From Octopus sinensis (Eukaryota): a stretch of 64,000 nucleotides of DNA. The notes below the pieces were generated by a model that did no database searches, was not told the DNA's origin, and saw nothing but the letters and a program-made list of their open reading frames with translations. The position numbers and the translations under genes are program-made. Below, one piece after another: positions 1 to 13,380 of the stretch (its first letter is position 1; every line of letters begins with the position of its first letter). The stretch spans positions 17,856,001 through 17,920,000 of the forward strand of contig NC_043021.1 of NCBI RefSeq assembly GCF_006345805.1, read 5' to 3'.

Positions 1-701
1 TTAATTTATTGGCTAAAAGCTTAAGATTTGGGTGGTAGTTCTCAAAACAAACAATTAAGTCAACATGACAGCAAGTTAGAGCTGGTTGTCAACAACAAAA
101 GCACTTGGATTGATAGATAAATCAACCTATGTGTTAAGTGCTATCAATGAGATAGTCTTATATGGCAAAACACAATAGCAGTAACTCAGTCCAACCAACA
201 CTTAAAACACAGTTTGATAGCTGAGTGGTAAAGTGCAAATCTACCTGCATGCCTGTAAGTTTTTAAACTGAGAACATGAATTATAAGACAATAATTACTA
301 CTAGCAATAAATTTAAGAGAAAACATAAACATGCAACATATTGATTTTGTGCATAGGAAACATTTAACATTCTATGGTGTATCTTGTCTTCTTTGACAGA
401 CAACAAAGCAGGACAGTTATGTATTGTGATCACCGTACATATTGGTGTCTTCACCGAAGATAACAGACACTGCAAGACGACCACAAGACATTGGGAAACT
501 ACTAGAAATGATCCATCAAAAATTTCTTTTAACTGAAATCAGTGAAAATACATCCAAACTGCATTTGTTGCACATAACATCTTCAAACAAGGAAAGAACT
601 TTGCCAAATATTCACACAAAATTTGATATGAAATATTTTTAAATGTTATTTACAGTTGCTGTTGCTACTAGTTGATTTATCTGCCTTTTCCCTTAACTAA
701 C

Positions 702-850
702 CGGGCACATGGCCTTGTGGTTAGGGTTTTGAGTCCATAATCATAAGGCCATGGGTTCAATTCTTGAAAAATGTTCTGCTGTGTCCTTGAATAAAGTACA
801 TAATCTCACATTGTGCCGGTTCTACCCAGCTGAAAATGAATACTGATCAA
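702..850 (+). mobile_element. tRNA-derived SINE head fragment
   Basis: A-box-like TGGCCTTGTGGTTAG and B-box-like GGTTCAATTCT, followed by body similar to other decayed SINE heads in the window. Confidence 0.5.
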
Positions 851-904
851 GTGCTAGTGTAACCCTTTCTTCCTCTAGCTGTTCCACTGGGTTAAGGGTG
901 TGAG

Positions 905-1131
905 AACCCTTCATCTCAATCGAAGGAGAGGAACTTTCTCTGTCCGGGTTGCGGATCCATGGAACAAGCTGCCAGACGAGATGGTGAAGATGCCGACGAC
1001 CGCTTTGTTCAAAGCCTCCCTTGACCTCAAGTGGCCTGAACTCTTTACATGAACACCACCCTGTACTTAACTCCATGTCCCCCTACATGGCCTTGCTATT
1101 TGCTTTTGAGCCAAATTAACTAACTAACTAA
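905..1131 (+). mobile_element. CR1-type LINE 3' end (5'-truncated) with (AACT)n tail
   Basis: 912-1052 translates HLNRRRGTFSVRVADPWNKLPDEMVKMPTTALFKASLDLKWPELFT*, the R..F..RV...WN.LP...FK..LD C-terminal motif of CR1/L2-group ORF2. Tail taactaactaactaa at 1117-1131. CpGs are retained. Confidence 0.8.
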
Positions 1132-1804
1132 GAACCACGAAGGGATCTATATCTGCTTGCAACTACATAAGCACCTAGAACAAACAGCGAAAGCATGGTA
1201 CAAGCCACCAGGTTATACTCTCCTGCGAGTGACAGTTAAACACCAAACAAGCAAGCCCTCCTCAGCTTGCTACCCCTACCTCCTCCTGTTCATGTTTTAC
1301 TATTTTATTTACATCAGAATGATTTTTTTTTTTAAACAAAGCAGAGGAATTTACAATAACAATAGTGATTGTCAAATATTGACAACGGAATAAACTGCTA
1401 CAATAAATATGTCAATGTAACCTAAAACCTAGCAGTTGGAAAATATGTGTGTCTAATCGAGACAACTGCTTTAACACTTTCTCGCAATTGTCTTTGATCT
1501 ACAAATCACTACAATGTCAACACCAAATACACAGACAGGCAGACAAGATGAAGCCTGCAGATAAAGTTCTCTAAGATTTCTCAAATTTCTGAGATGACTT
1601 CCTTCCTATCCGCCTACAAAATGGCAGTTTATGAAAACCAGTTTTTTTTTTTTTTTTTATCTCTTTTTGTTGTTTGTTTCTTTCAACTCTGAGTCACTTT
1701 CTAAAGACACTCAATATAACATATGTAACATGTGATGTGATGTTTAAAGCCCCAGAAGTTGCGATTTTTCATCTAAGAAAAATTCCTTTCTCAAGACATA
1801 TAGT

Positions 1805-2161
1805 CAGTGGTTCTCAACTGTGGCTCATACAGTCTCATATGACCCTCAAGCATCCTTTCCATGGCCCTCATCATCATCATCATCATCATCGTTTAACGTC
1901 CGTTCTCCATGCTAGCATGGGTTGGATGGTTCGACCGGGGATCTGGGAAGCCAGAAGGCTGCACCAGGCTCCGGTCTTATCTGGCAATGTTTCTACAGCT
2001 GGATGCCCTTCCTAATGCCAACCACTCCATGAGTGTAGTGGGTGCTTTTTACATAAATTTTTATTTGACTTGACCGATGTTTTACATATTTTGGTGCAGC
2101 CCACTAAAAGAGTCTAGGCTTTTGGACCCAGCTCGGTTAACAAAAAGGTTGAGAACCACTG
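1805..2161. mobile_element. hAT (Charlie-like) MITE interrupted by a SINE
   Basis: TIRs CAGTGGTTCTCAAC...GTTGAGAACCACTG and an 8-bp TSD CATATAGT (1797-1804) / CTTATAGT (2162-2169), 7/8 match. Confidence 0.85.
1868..2052 (-). mobile_element. SINE family A (ATG-repeat tail), nested in the hAT MITE
   Basis: Shares CATCATCGTTTAACGTCC...CCATGCTAGCATGGGTTGG...GGATGCCCTTCCTAATGCCAACCAC with the copies at ~13.1, 26.1, 43.2, 47.0, 51.1 and 60.4 kb. Confidence 0.8.
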
Positions 2162-5020
2162 CTTATAGTATTAAAAAAAACACAATATACATTGGAGCTA
2201 GACGAAATGAAATCGCCCTCAGAAGTGATCACAAGAGCAAAAGATACATGTTTTGCAGTTGTTGCAGCTTACCAATGTCTGGTATTCGTATCACTTCCGA
2301 AACAAAATCAAATCAGCCTCACTGAAGTATATACAGATGATGTATAAACTATATACTAGTATGCAATGGCACCGAATAACCAGAATAAATTCTAATTATG
2401 CAATAGTACAGCTCAATAATAAAAACTTTGTATCAAAACAAACATACTTAATGTATGCATGTTATAATTTTGTAAATGTTTGTTAATGGTTTGTAATTTA
2501 TCCACAATTTACTTTTATATTGGATATTATCACACACCTCCCCTCATCTTTCATTTCATACAAACAAAACCAGTTTTCAACATGGTAAACTACAAATCAT
2601 TGTTCCACTGACCTTGTTCCAATCAGTTTTCAGGTAATGCAAGTAAATTAAAGCAATTATTACTACAACCACCTGTTTTAAGTACAATTTCACCACATGT
2701 TTGCTGTGATTATATCAACGGCTCTTTATCAGGCGAGAACATAACTTCTCTATTGTTACAAAGTTGCCATTTCAAAGAACAGTTTTATAATCATCCACAA
2801 ATGGAAAACAGATCACCCACCAGGTGTTCCATCTTCGATTTGTTTACACACCTAGAGTAAAAACTTAGGCAAAAGCAAGTACGTTTTATTTTTCTCTCTT
2901 TTAGAAAAAAGCTTCACCTCAGAGTCATTATGGATGGCATGGTTGGCTGCAGATTGTTCGATAAAAATTGTTGCAGATCTTAATATTTTGTTTGGAACAT
3001 TGTAGGTAGACAACCATGGTGACAAGGGGACATATGAATCTGTGTTTCCTAACTATTCGGAATAGGATATGGTAACAACAATAGAAGTGCTACAATGTGA
3101 TATACTGCTTATATCACATTTCATAATGTCATATATTATTATATATCACAGTGAGAAAGTGTTATATTGGAAGATTGCAATGTGAGAAAGGTGACAACTT
3201 CATTCATTCACATTTTTAACAAGATGTAAATATATACAACCATAACAGCATAAATTTATGGTCTAGATGGCATTAATTGTTCAACTCCAGTTTAGCTTGC
3301 AGACCTATGATCATGATTCCAGTTATGACCATCCAGTTTTTTAATCAACCTGTACCTTAGGACAACATCTAATGTGTCCTTTATTTTAAGATAGAAGAAC
3401 AGGACTTGAGGAACATTAAGTTACTATTTCAAAAGGTTGAGCAACCACATAGAGGTTTCCTGTCAACATTGACTTCAACAGATTTGCATATAATGCCATG
3501 TAAAATAAAGATTTAGAAGAATCACTAGAAGCACCATATCCATTGACTGCATATTTAAAGAATCTAATTGCCAGCCCGAGTATCGTTGTTTGTTTCCCAC
3601 AGAGCAACAGCTGCAAACTGCAGCAAAGTTTGAAGTTAATTTTCGAAAGAATTTTATTAAAAAAATCAGTATAGTTGACCTGTCCAGTACACAACAATAA
3701 TAAGCAAAACAATACTGACAATATTATTCTTCAGAAAACATGATGTAAGTGCGGAAAAGTAATTAAAAGAGATCTGTTCCAGTTCATTGTTAATCATCAT
3801 CTTACAGACTGTTTACAAATTATAATCTAACAAACATGTTTAATTAACGAATACAAGAACTAAAGTGACATAAATTCTACAAACAAATGCTGTTAATTCA
3901 GCACAACATTTTGATCTTCAGCCACTCCTTTTGATCTTGTAATATATCATCTATGAAGTTGAATATTGCAAGATCTCATCTCACCATTTCCTTCCATACA
4001 CACATCAATACACCATATGATCCAGACATTTAATAAACAGTGAGGGCCTAATCTATATAGTACTGACAATTTGTAACTATCTTGCAACAGCTGTGTGCAC
4101 TAATAAATAATTCCATACCAAATTGGATGCAACAAGACTTGGTTGCACATAAATCAATGCATATTGTTTACACACAAACTCCACCGATGATGGTCCACAG
4201 ATCGAATTTAAGTCTGCAGCATGTCTCCACTCAAAGTTTAACATTCAAGCTGCCTGTCATAAAGCATTCCATGTAGGAAATGTTTAGATAAAGTTATAAT
4301 TACATTGAATTGTTGGATATCAGTGCAAAACTAAAATAAAATAAACTAGAGTATTTTCAAAATGTCAAGAGTATTGTTCGATAAATTAGATGACAATAGT
4401 TGTTAAGTTTATATTATGTTTTGAAAGTTCCAATTAAAGATGTCGCACTGATAAATAGATATTTCTACAACAACTTCTCTTCATAATGAACAACTGAAAA
4501 CTGAAATCAAATGTTTTAAATTGACACTGATAAATAATTGGTGATTGATTAACCCAATAAGGCTAATTAATAATCAAGTTTGTCGTATTTTCATCCTCTT
4601 TGTTTTCAAATGATAAGCTTATATTTAATTAAGACACTTAAACAAAAAAAAAATTGAAGTCAATTTAGCATTCAATTAAAATGACTGTTAAAACAAAATT
4701 AAAAACCCATATAAATTACAAAGGATGAAACCGATGTGGGTGTAGACTTAAATGCTTCATCAATGGAAAGATAAAATGAAATAAGCTAAATAATTAACTT
4801 TTAGAAGATGATTAAGTTGATTTACAAACAGTAATACGATTGTGTAGGTAAGGTGTTTTACTGCAGACCACATGGTCATGGGTTCAAACTACACAAGATC
4901 CATTTTATTGTCCACTTCAGAAAAATAAACATTCTTATCTGTGTATGTATATCTATATAGTTATGTGCATGCATATAATGGGCGGGGGGTTAACAAAAGC
5001 AACAAAGAAAACAAACTTAC

Positions 5021-5270
5021 CTTTCAAACTGGGGGATAGCAATGTGTCCAAACTAAGGGGCTTGTCCCCGTACCAAAATATCCATAATTCCTTGCCGTAT
5101 GCTAACTGGTCAGGTAACCTTTGCTCTGAATTGCGTAGTACCCGTCTCCAGACACACAAGATATCTGACTGGATACACCTCGTGTAGGAATCCAACACTG
5201 GATCATCCAGTGGGTCCACACTCACGTTATCTGCATTCAACTTACGCCATTTTATGCCGCAGAGATCAGT
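5021..5270 (-). CDS. MED13: MED13 coding exon 2 (250 bp, Med13 N-terminal domain: TDLCGIKWRKLNADNVSVDPLDDPVLDSYTRCIQSDILCVWRRVLRNSEQRLPDQLAYGKELWIFWYGDKPLSLDTLLSPSLK)
   Basis: Acceptor (T)n-ACAG|ACT at 5271 and donor AAG|GTAAGT at 5020, phase 0 in and phase 1 out. Motifs DLxGIKW, DP(V/I)LxS(Y/F)xRC, D(I/V)LxVWRR and ELWIFWxG match human MED13 exon 2 as recalled. Confidence 0.96.
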
Positions 5271-8200
5271 CTGTAAAAAAAAAAAAAAGAGAGATATCAT
5301 TCACAACATAGCCAGACAGAAAAGTAACTTTTAATTCCATAAATATTTCAAGTGTTTACAATAAAAACATGTCCAGTTTTTATATTTTCAACATTGCATC
5401 AATAAAATAATTTTTTATAAAAATTTTTTTTATTTCAGAATAATATAAAAAAAATAATGTAAAAACAAAATTGAGAAATACTTTTATCAAGAGATAAGAT
5501 AGAGAATGACAAAGATGGTCTTGAATTTCTTACAATGAAATACATTTATAACAGATGTTGTATATTTTTTTTAACACATCAAACATGTTGAGTGATTATA
5601 TAAATACCCAACAAGATCCACCCTAAAATTTGACATCAAACAGAACTAGGAAATTAATAATAACCAGGAATGTTGCCATTTTCTCTTTTCATTTCTTGTT
5701 TTGTTTTTTTTTTGTTTTTTTGTCTTGGAGTAAAAATCGATCCACTAGGATTGAGCACAATTCACAACTGCAGCTTATAATGCAACTATTTGCAACCACT
5801 GCTTGTAAGATACCTTGACACACACACTGACATCATGTTAGAACACTGACAACAAAACTACCATAACACAACTGCAATGAAAGCCCTCTATTCATCATTA
5901 CATTAGAAATACTAGAAGGTAACTACCAAAACCGTAACAGAATCTAAGAAATACTAAAGTTACACATCAAAATGACAGTTATTACAAGCCAATAAAAAGT
6001 ACAAGCTAATCGTGTAGCTTGTGGGCGAAGGTGGATGTGCTTTATCTCTGGCTGTCGAAAACAGAGAGAAAAAAATCAGCAATGAACCAACAGAAACCTG
6101 TTTTTTTTGCAGACATCTATAAAACGAATGCAAAAGGACTGTTTTTCTTTTGACATCTTATCCAATTTCAATTAGAAACAGCTGCAACTGCAACAATTAA
6201 TTAGCAAATGTTATAGAAACGATATGTTAACCTGTGATTGACTTTCAAAAAAATCTCCACTAAAAGCTTACTAATCAAAGAGTATTTTTATTCACATGTC
6301 CGTTTCATGTTTGTGCCTGTTTACTATTGGCAAACATCTTTAGTGAAAAAGTGTTTGAAGTGATAGTAGCCGCCACATCTATTAGTCATATTAAAACCTG
6401 TATACATAGTCGGAGCTGAATAGAAAATTCAATCAGTTGAAACAGTTACTACATCTCACTTGTAGTTTTCTTCAGATTTTTGCATTAAAAATAAATCTAC
6501 ATTTTATTTTTAACCTACGAGACCAATTGAAAAACATAAAGGAGAATTAGCAGAAGGTATGAACCAGACTTGTAGAATAAGCAAATCTCAACACTCCATC
6601 TTTAGTGATGTGACCATTATTCATATTATTTCTAGTAATAATAATATTAATTAAGTTTTCAAATTTTAGCACAAGGCCAGCAAATTTGGGAAAGGGGTTA
6701 AGTCAATTACATTGACCCCAGTGTTCAACTGGTACTTATTTTACAGAACCCTAAAAGGATGAAAGGCAAAGTCAACCTCAGTAGAATAACAACAATCATA
6801 ATGGTTTCTAATTTAGATATGAGGCAACAATTTTAAGGAAAACTGGTTAATCAATTGCATCAAGCTCAGAGTTCTTGACAGCCAATGAAATAAGCACCAG
6901 GATCTGGGACTTTATTTCATTGACAACCCCACCAACTCGCAGCCTTCTCATAACGCTTAGCTTTGAAGTTTGATAGAACTGTTTATACTGACAGTAGAAG
7001 GAGCAACAGTAGATTTTTGGCACCATAATACCAGGGCTACATCAGATGGATTAACCTTGTCAGCCCGGAAAATGTCTTCAATGACCATGCTGTAATAAGC
7101 TCCTTGGCCTTTTCTTGATGCGGGCAGATAGCAACAATTGGTCTTGCATATAATATTGCTCAGACTTGGCACCCTGGAGGAGACAGCTCAGCATTGCCTT
7201 ACTATGATGACACAACACAAAAAGTACCAATCTACTGTAGCTATAAGCCCCTACTCAGTGAACCTTTACAGCGACAGCAGACACTGCTCTACAAACACAG
7301 ACTGACGCAAAACAATCACTCAAATTGGCCGCAGGTGTGGTGTCCAAATATAAAGGTCTGAGAAGTTGTGACACTGATTTCTTTGAGAAATGTTGTTTAA
7401 CCCCAGATCACCGCTGACTGAATAAACCTATGACCAAAGGCATTCCAGCTATGACTACCCCATACCACACACAGCTTAAAGTGTAGAACATCCCCTTCAT
7501 CAGATCACAATGATTTTAGCACCTTCCAACAGTAACCTCCATGCACAGTGAAACCAAGCAGCAGTGGTTCTACCAAGGAATATCTTGAAGGATTCTTGTG
7601 TCCCCACAGAGTGACATGCTTCTTTCCTTCATCATCCATGCAACCACCACACTCAACTGGATGTAACCACTCCAACTATGCATCAATGTATTACATCTCA
7701 CAACTCACTAATACATTCTTTGCCCTCAGTTTTAGTCTTTCTCTCACACACCTCTCCCAGATCCAGGATGGAGCACGCCCTTCTTCACCTCTAATTAATA
7801 AATCATTGCTCTATCCTTAAATCCCATGCCAGCCATATACAGATATTCATATTTACACACACACACATTCCATATTTATATTTACTAGAGACAGAACCAT
7901 TCTAACGCTGGTGCCCACTCCCCATACACTCAGTAAAATGGCTGGTGGTAGGCGTGCATCTAGTCATAGGAACCAGGTCCATCTAGGAAAACAATAAATC
8001 TAAAATAAGAATTGACTAGGATCTTAGCAACATGTACAACCCATGCGTTAAAGTAGACATTAAAATGATGATGATGATGATATATAAGAAATAAAACATT
8101 CTGACATAAGCACATTGTTGTCAATAGTGAACCGGTATCAATATTCATTAATGACCCTTTAAAAGGTAAAGTATTGATAGTAAAAAGACAGAAAACCTGT

Positions 8201-8434
8201 TTGTATGGTAAAATAAAGTTTACTATTCAATCCATTGCAGAAGATAACAAGAGATTACAAGTACTTATAACACAAACTGAATTGCCAGCAAAGAAGACTT
8301 AAGGTGGTTGATAGATCTGCTAGAAATAGCAGCAAAATATTTCTCAAATCACACCTCCACCATTTTAAAAAGACGAAGGACAATGGTTAACATAGAGAGT
8401 GTGCTTAAAAAATTATTGGTTTACTACAGCTTAA

Positions 8435-8642
8435 CCCTTTCGTTACCATATTTCTGTTGAGATGCTGTTTCTTTCAATTAATTTTAAATATAACAAAGAA
8501 TTTAGTAAAAAAACTTTGATATTATTAAGCTTGCGTTAGGAACATAAATTGTGACTAAAGTTTGGTGGAAGATTTTAATTCAAAACTTTTGAAAACTAGA
8601 GATTTGTATTACAAAGCCAGAGGCAGGTTGGTATCAAAAGGG
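8435..8642. mobile_element. piggyBac-type MITE, copy 1
   Basis: TTAA|CCCTTTCGTTACC...GGTATCAAAAGGG|TTAA, giving a TTAA TSD and imperfect TIRs. Confidence 0.85.
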
Positions 8643-9959
8643 TTAAACACCTTTGATGCTGGTTAAGGATTCACCCAGGATTAAATAACAACTGAATTAC
8701 AGACAGGATGAAAATTTCTAAAAAAAAGTATTCCAGATGTCTTCTACTATAGCCCTGGGCTGACCAAAGCCTCGTTACTGAATTTGGCAAACAGAAACTG
8801 AAAGAAATTCATTATGTATCAGTGTGCATGTGTGTATATTTGCCACCACTTGACAACTGATGTTGGTCTGTTCCCATTCCCATAACTTAGCAGTTTGGCA
8901 AAAGAAACCGATAGTATAAGTACTAGACATAAAAAAAAAACAAATACTGGGGTCGATTTGTTCAACTAAAACCCTTCAAAGTGGTGCCCCAGACAGCCAC
9001 AGTCCAACGACTGAAACAAGTAGAATATAAAAGATATATATCCATTGATGAATAACTAAGGAGAAGTACTCAATACAAATGTAGAGCAAACTGTCTACTT
9101 TTGGCTCATCCAGTAGCCTGTCAATCTAGGGTTGTTTTGGGGACATGCAGCCAGTTCCTCAGACACACACACACACACATAACCAATATGAAAAGGGTAG
9201 AAATCATTTAAACCAAGATCACTATATCATGTCATTAACTGTATGTGGGGTGGTGTGTAATACAGTAAACTGCTGTAGGGTTTAAACTTACGACATAGGA
9301 CCAACCTGTCACTGCCCATTAATGCAAGCACGACTTGGTCCTTTGATACCTTAAAAGAAGTCCATTCAGATGAAGGCATTCTTTCCCAACCCATATGATA
9401 ATGACCAAGGTGGACACTGGCCACATCACTCGCACCAATTCAGAAGCATTGTCCCTCTTCCTTAAGTTAACTTATAATAAACAATACAAATCAAATGCTA
9501 CATTTCTAATTTTGGGGACTAATAAATCCTCTTTCAAGGAGAATCTAGGGCCTCCTTCAGTGATAGCTTACTATGGTTTTTCTGTGACCGAGTAATTTCC
9601 TTTCCAGGGTGCAGACCTGAGTAAGCTTTCTTTTGTGCAAAACAAACAGTTGATCATTCGTGCAAAGTCTTCATTTCCCATATCCACTGAAGATGTCTAA
9701 GGAAAAGACTCAGAGCAACTCAACTGAGCACCAGCATCATCACAGGTAAAGAACTGAAACATTGCAAGACATCCCATCTGATGTTCTTCCAATTGTGCTA
9801 ATCCTTGCTGTCAACACTAAAAGGCTGAAAGGCTGAGTTGACTTTGGTGAGATTTGTATTCTGTGTGCAGAGAGTTGAAACAAGTATGAGGTAGTCTATC
9901 TGATACTATAAGGACTATGAATTAGTCACATTTTAGATAAACATTGTTTCAATACATAC

Positions 9960-10009
9960 ATCCATAATGAGTTTCAATTAGTGTTGTCTCCAATTATCAT
10001 CAGACGGAT
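9960..10009 (-). ncRNA. Decayed minimal type I hammerhead ribozyme motif
   Basis: The minus strand reads ATCCGT-CTGATGA-T-AATTGG-agacaaca-CTAATT-GAAAC-tc-ATT-ATGGAT. The core is intact and stems I and II pair. Both defects can be explained as CpG decay. Confidence 0.45.
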
Positions 10010-10907
10010 TATTTCTAGTATTGTACAGTGCTAGACTAGATTCAAAACTAGTGTCTTTATTTTCAAGCTAAAGGTTCACATCAACTTCAGGACTATATAC
10101 AAATCAAGGAAATGAAGTAAAATATCTGACGATCAAAGATTAAAACAATCAAAATGCAATGTAGATGATGTAAATATTTAAATATTTTTCATGTCTTAAA
10201 AAGTTAATAATCCAGGAAATTAATTTCTCAACAATAACTTGTCTCAGGTATTTAGATATTTCAACTAAATCCTGTAAAACTTACTTCATTACTTTACTGC
10301 CTCTATCATTATTCTCAAAATTGTCTTAATAAACTAAGTCATATCATAATTATAAAATAATTTTATAGGCAACAAATGACTCTCAAAGAGAGTATATGAT
10401 GTACTCTCTAGGTTCATTCGATTTCTAATCTCTGTAGTGGACATTATGGCTGGCAGAGTGAACACAACCCCATAATAGAGTGGCAACACTTTACAAAATG
10501 AGAAACAAAAACTGTTAGTTCATTCTTTCTACTATAGGCGCAAGACCTGAAGAGTGGGGGGTGGGGTAGTTCATTACATCAACACCAGTGCGCATCTGGT
10601 ACTTTTTTTTCACACTGGCATGAGGTCCTAAATGGTATGCAGCTGAGGGTAGGTTAACATAGCTGGCTGAATTAACATAAGTGCATGCCTGGTACTTACT
10701 TTAGCAACTACAGACAGGATTTGGCTTCAGAATTATAGCAAAATAAAAACAAATGCTGCACACTACTATTTACAACAGCCCAATGCCCTAATTCTAAAAA
10801 ACAACAATTTTCGTATCAATTTGTAATAACAACAAATAAAATATGTAGAAAAAGTATTTCTTAAAGTATATGCATTGTCAGGTAATAAATACACACACAC
10901 ACACACA

Positions 10908-11007
10908 NNNNNNNNNNNNNNNNNNNNNNNNNNNNNNNNNNNNNNNNNNNNNNNNNNNNNNNNNNNNNNNNNNNNNNNNNNNNNNNNNNNNNNNNNNNNN
11001 NNNNNNN
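10908..11007. other. Assembly gap (100 N) next to a (CA)n tract
   Basis: A run of exactly 100 N, typical of a placeholder of unknown size. Confidence 0.99.
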
Positions 11008-11606
11008 GAATGCAAGCAACCAACTTTGCTTGTATGATGGTGAAGTTTGTTTGCAATTGCTATACTACGTCCCAAAGACACACACACAGATATGTGCATG
11101 CCTCATACCATGGGACTGAACAAGAAAGTATGTGGATACAAATCAAACTTCCTTAATAACACAGCCGTATCTGCACCTACCATAGAGATATATAAATACA
11201 CACTCAATACAACAGATATGTATTCATAAATAAGTGCAAGGCAGGAAACTAGTAGAGCCACAACAGTATCAAACAAACTGCCTTGTAGTATTTATCATCG
11301 CTCTACAATCTAAGACTGAATCCTACTGTGACCCACCTGGGTGGGTAGACTTATCCATTGGTCAGTTAAAAACCATCACCTGGTCTTTGAGTGCTTCAGA
11401 TAAGCCTACTTGACAACAAAAATATTCAAGTCAGATCTGCAAGATACTTTTTCGTTCATAAATGCTACCAGCCATGGAGGCCCTAAAAAGGTTCCTGGGG
11501 CATTGTTGCCTTTCTTTCTAGGTAATATATATGTGCGTGTTATCTTTTACTTGTTCTAGTCATTCAACTATGGTCATGCTGAGGCACCACTCAGAAAAAA
11601 AGTAGG

Positions 11607-11713
11607 GCTTACAGCCCCTACATTTCCCAAACTGTCAGCCATCAAAGTTACTAACTAGGGTCAACACTGCTTAATTTTGTTGACTGGATGAAAACTAATG
11701 TTATCAGCAATAT
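11607..11713 (-). pseudogene. 5S rRNA pseudogene (diverged, 5' end missing)
   Basis: The minus strand reads ...GCTGATAACATTAGTTTTCATCCAGTCAACAAAATTAAGCAGTGTTGACCCTAGTTAGTAACTTTGATGGCTGACAGTTTGGGAAATGTAGGGGCTGTAAGC. This is colinear with metazoan 5S (...GTTGAAAACACCGGTTCTCGTCCGATCACCGAAGTTAAGCAACGTCGAGCCCGGTTAGTACTTGGATGGGTGACCGCCTGGGAATACCGGGTGCTGTAGGC, recalled). A T-run follows a few bases downstream. Confidence 0.75.
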
Positions 11714-12804
11714 TATATATATATGTATAAACATATATAATACATGTAGGGGCATACATATAATATGTACACAAGTATACATATATATATATAATTAATT
11801 TATATTATAGTAATTAAATTTAATAAATATGCATTGTAAGATAGCAAATTAAAAATGCAAATTGATTTGGCTCCAGTCTAATTAACCCAAAATAGAGTGG
11901 ACCACAATAATTACAAGAGTAATGAACACTCATGATTGATCTCTACCTCCACTACAAATATATATATATATATATACACATATATATATATTGTATATTG
12001 ATATTACACAATATACAAACACACATATATACACATACACAAACACACATGGACAGAGGAAGGAAAATCAGCAAGATGGCTGACAGCATAGGGGCAGGTT
12101 AGGGGGAAAGAAGCATAAAAATTCTCCCTCAAATTTGAAGGAGCAAACTAGAGGAGGGAGAGTAGGTGGAAATGATAGTGCAGACAATTGAAAAGGTCAT
12201 TTGGTTCTGATCTGTGCTGTTTTACTGAGGAGGACAGCAAATAAAATAGACTTGAAAAGACAAATCTTTCTCGCTACCACCACCAGCTCACTCATACAGG
12301 AAGTCTACTGCACTGTAGTATATATGTGTATAGTTAACAATTAAAGGTGATAGAGAAGAAGGCAGACACAGTGGAGGGAGAGGGGAAAGACGGGCGGGGG
12401 GGGGGTATATACCACACATGAATAAGAATGACTAAATGTAAATGATTTGCAAGCATTTTTTTTGCATGCTTTTTTTTTTCACACCTTATAATTTCGCTGT
12501 ATATTGTTAAACAAGAAAAAAATGGAAACAAAATGGAATTTGTAATCCATTGAAGAAGAAAATAGACAGGACTTGAAAGAAAATGAAATGGTCTTGACAT
12601 GTCTAGTTATGTCCCTTCACGCTTCAATTCCAACCCTCAGCACCATGGTGATAGGACAGGGGTGGTGTACCAGTAATATATTCAGTTTACTTATACCTCA
12701 GCTTCACTGGTTTATGGTTAGGTGCTGTCTGCAAGGAGAGGATTATTATCCTGGGGTGGGATGGGTCTTTTGTGGCTTATTTTACTTCTCAGGCCGTGAC
12801 AGGT

Positions 12805-12840
<36 letters not shown>

Positions 12841-13051
12841 GTATATATATATATAAACACTTGTGACAAGTATGACAAGAAATGGTGACAGGTAAGATAT
12901 GGTGAAGAGATATGAAACAGGAGAGGTGGTGGGTGGACCAGAGATAAAGAAAGTGTGAGATTGGAGGGGGAAGAGTAGGAATTCATGAAGTGATCGAAAC
13001 AAAAGTGGGAACAGGTAGGAGTAAAGTGTAAACTAGAAACTTGATAGTAGT

Positions 13052-13100
<49 letters not shown>

Positions 13101-13106
13101 TATATA

Positions 13107-13380
13107 TATCATCATCATCATCGTCTAACGTCCGCTTTCTATGCTGGAATGGGTTGGACGGTTTGACTGTGGACTGGTGAGCCAGAGGCTGCACTAGGCT
13201 CAATCTGATCTGGCAAAGTTTCTACAGCAGGATGCCCTTCCTAATGCCAACCACTCTGAGAGTGCAGTGGGTACTTTTACGTGACACCGGCACGAGGGCC
13301 AGTCAGGTGGTTCTGGCAATGACCACATTCAAAAGGTGTTTTTTACATGCTACCTGCACGGGAGCCAGTCCAATTCAGGA
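13107..13380 (-). mobile_element. SINE family A copy
   Basis: Same body as 1868-2052, with a (CAT)n tail. Confidence 0.75.

Noticed and set aside
281-642. Overlapping short ORFs in unique sequence
   Set aside because: They do not resemble MED13 exon 3 or any family I recognise. They may be an old TE relic.
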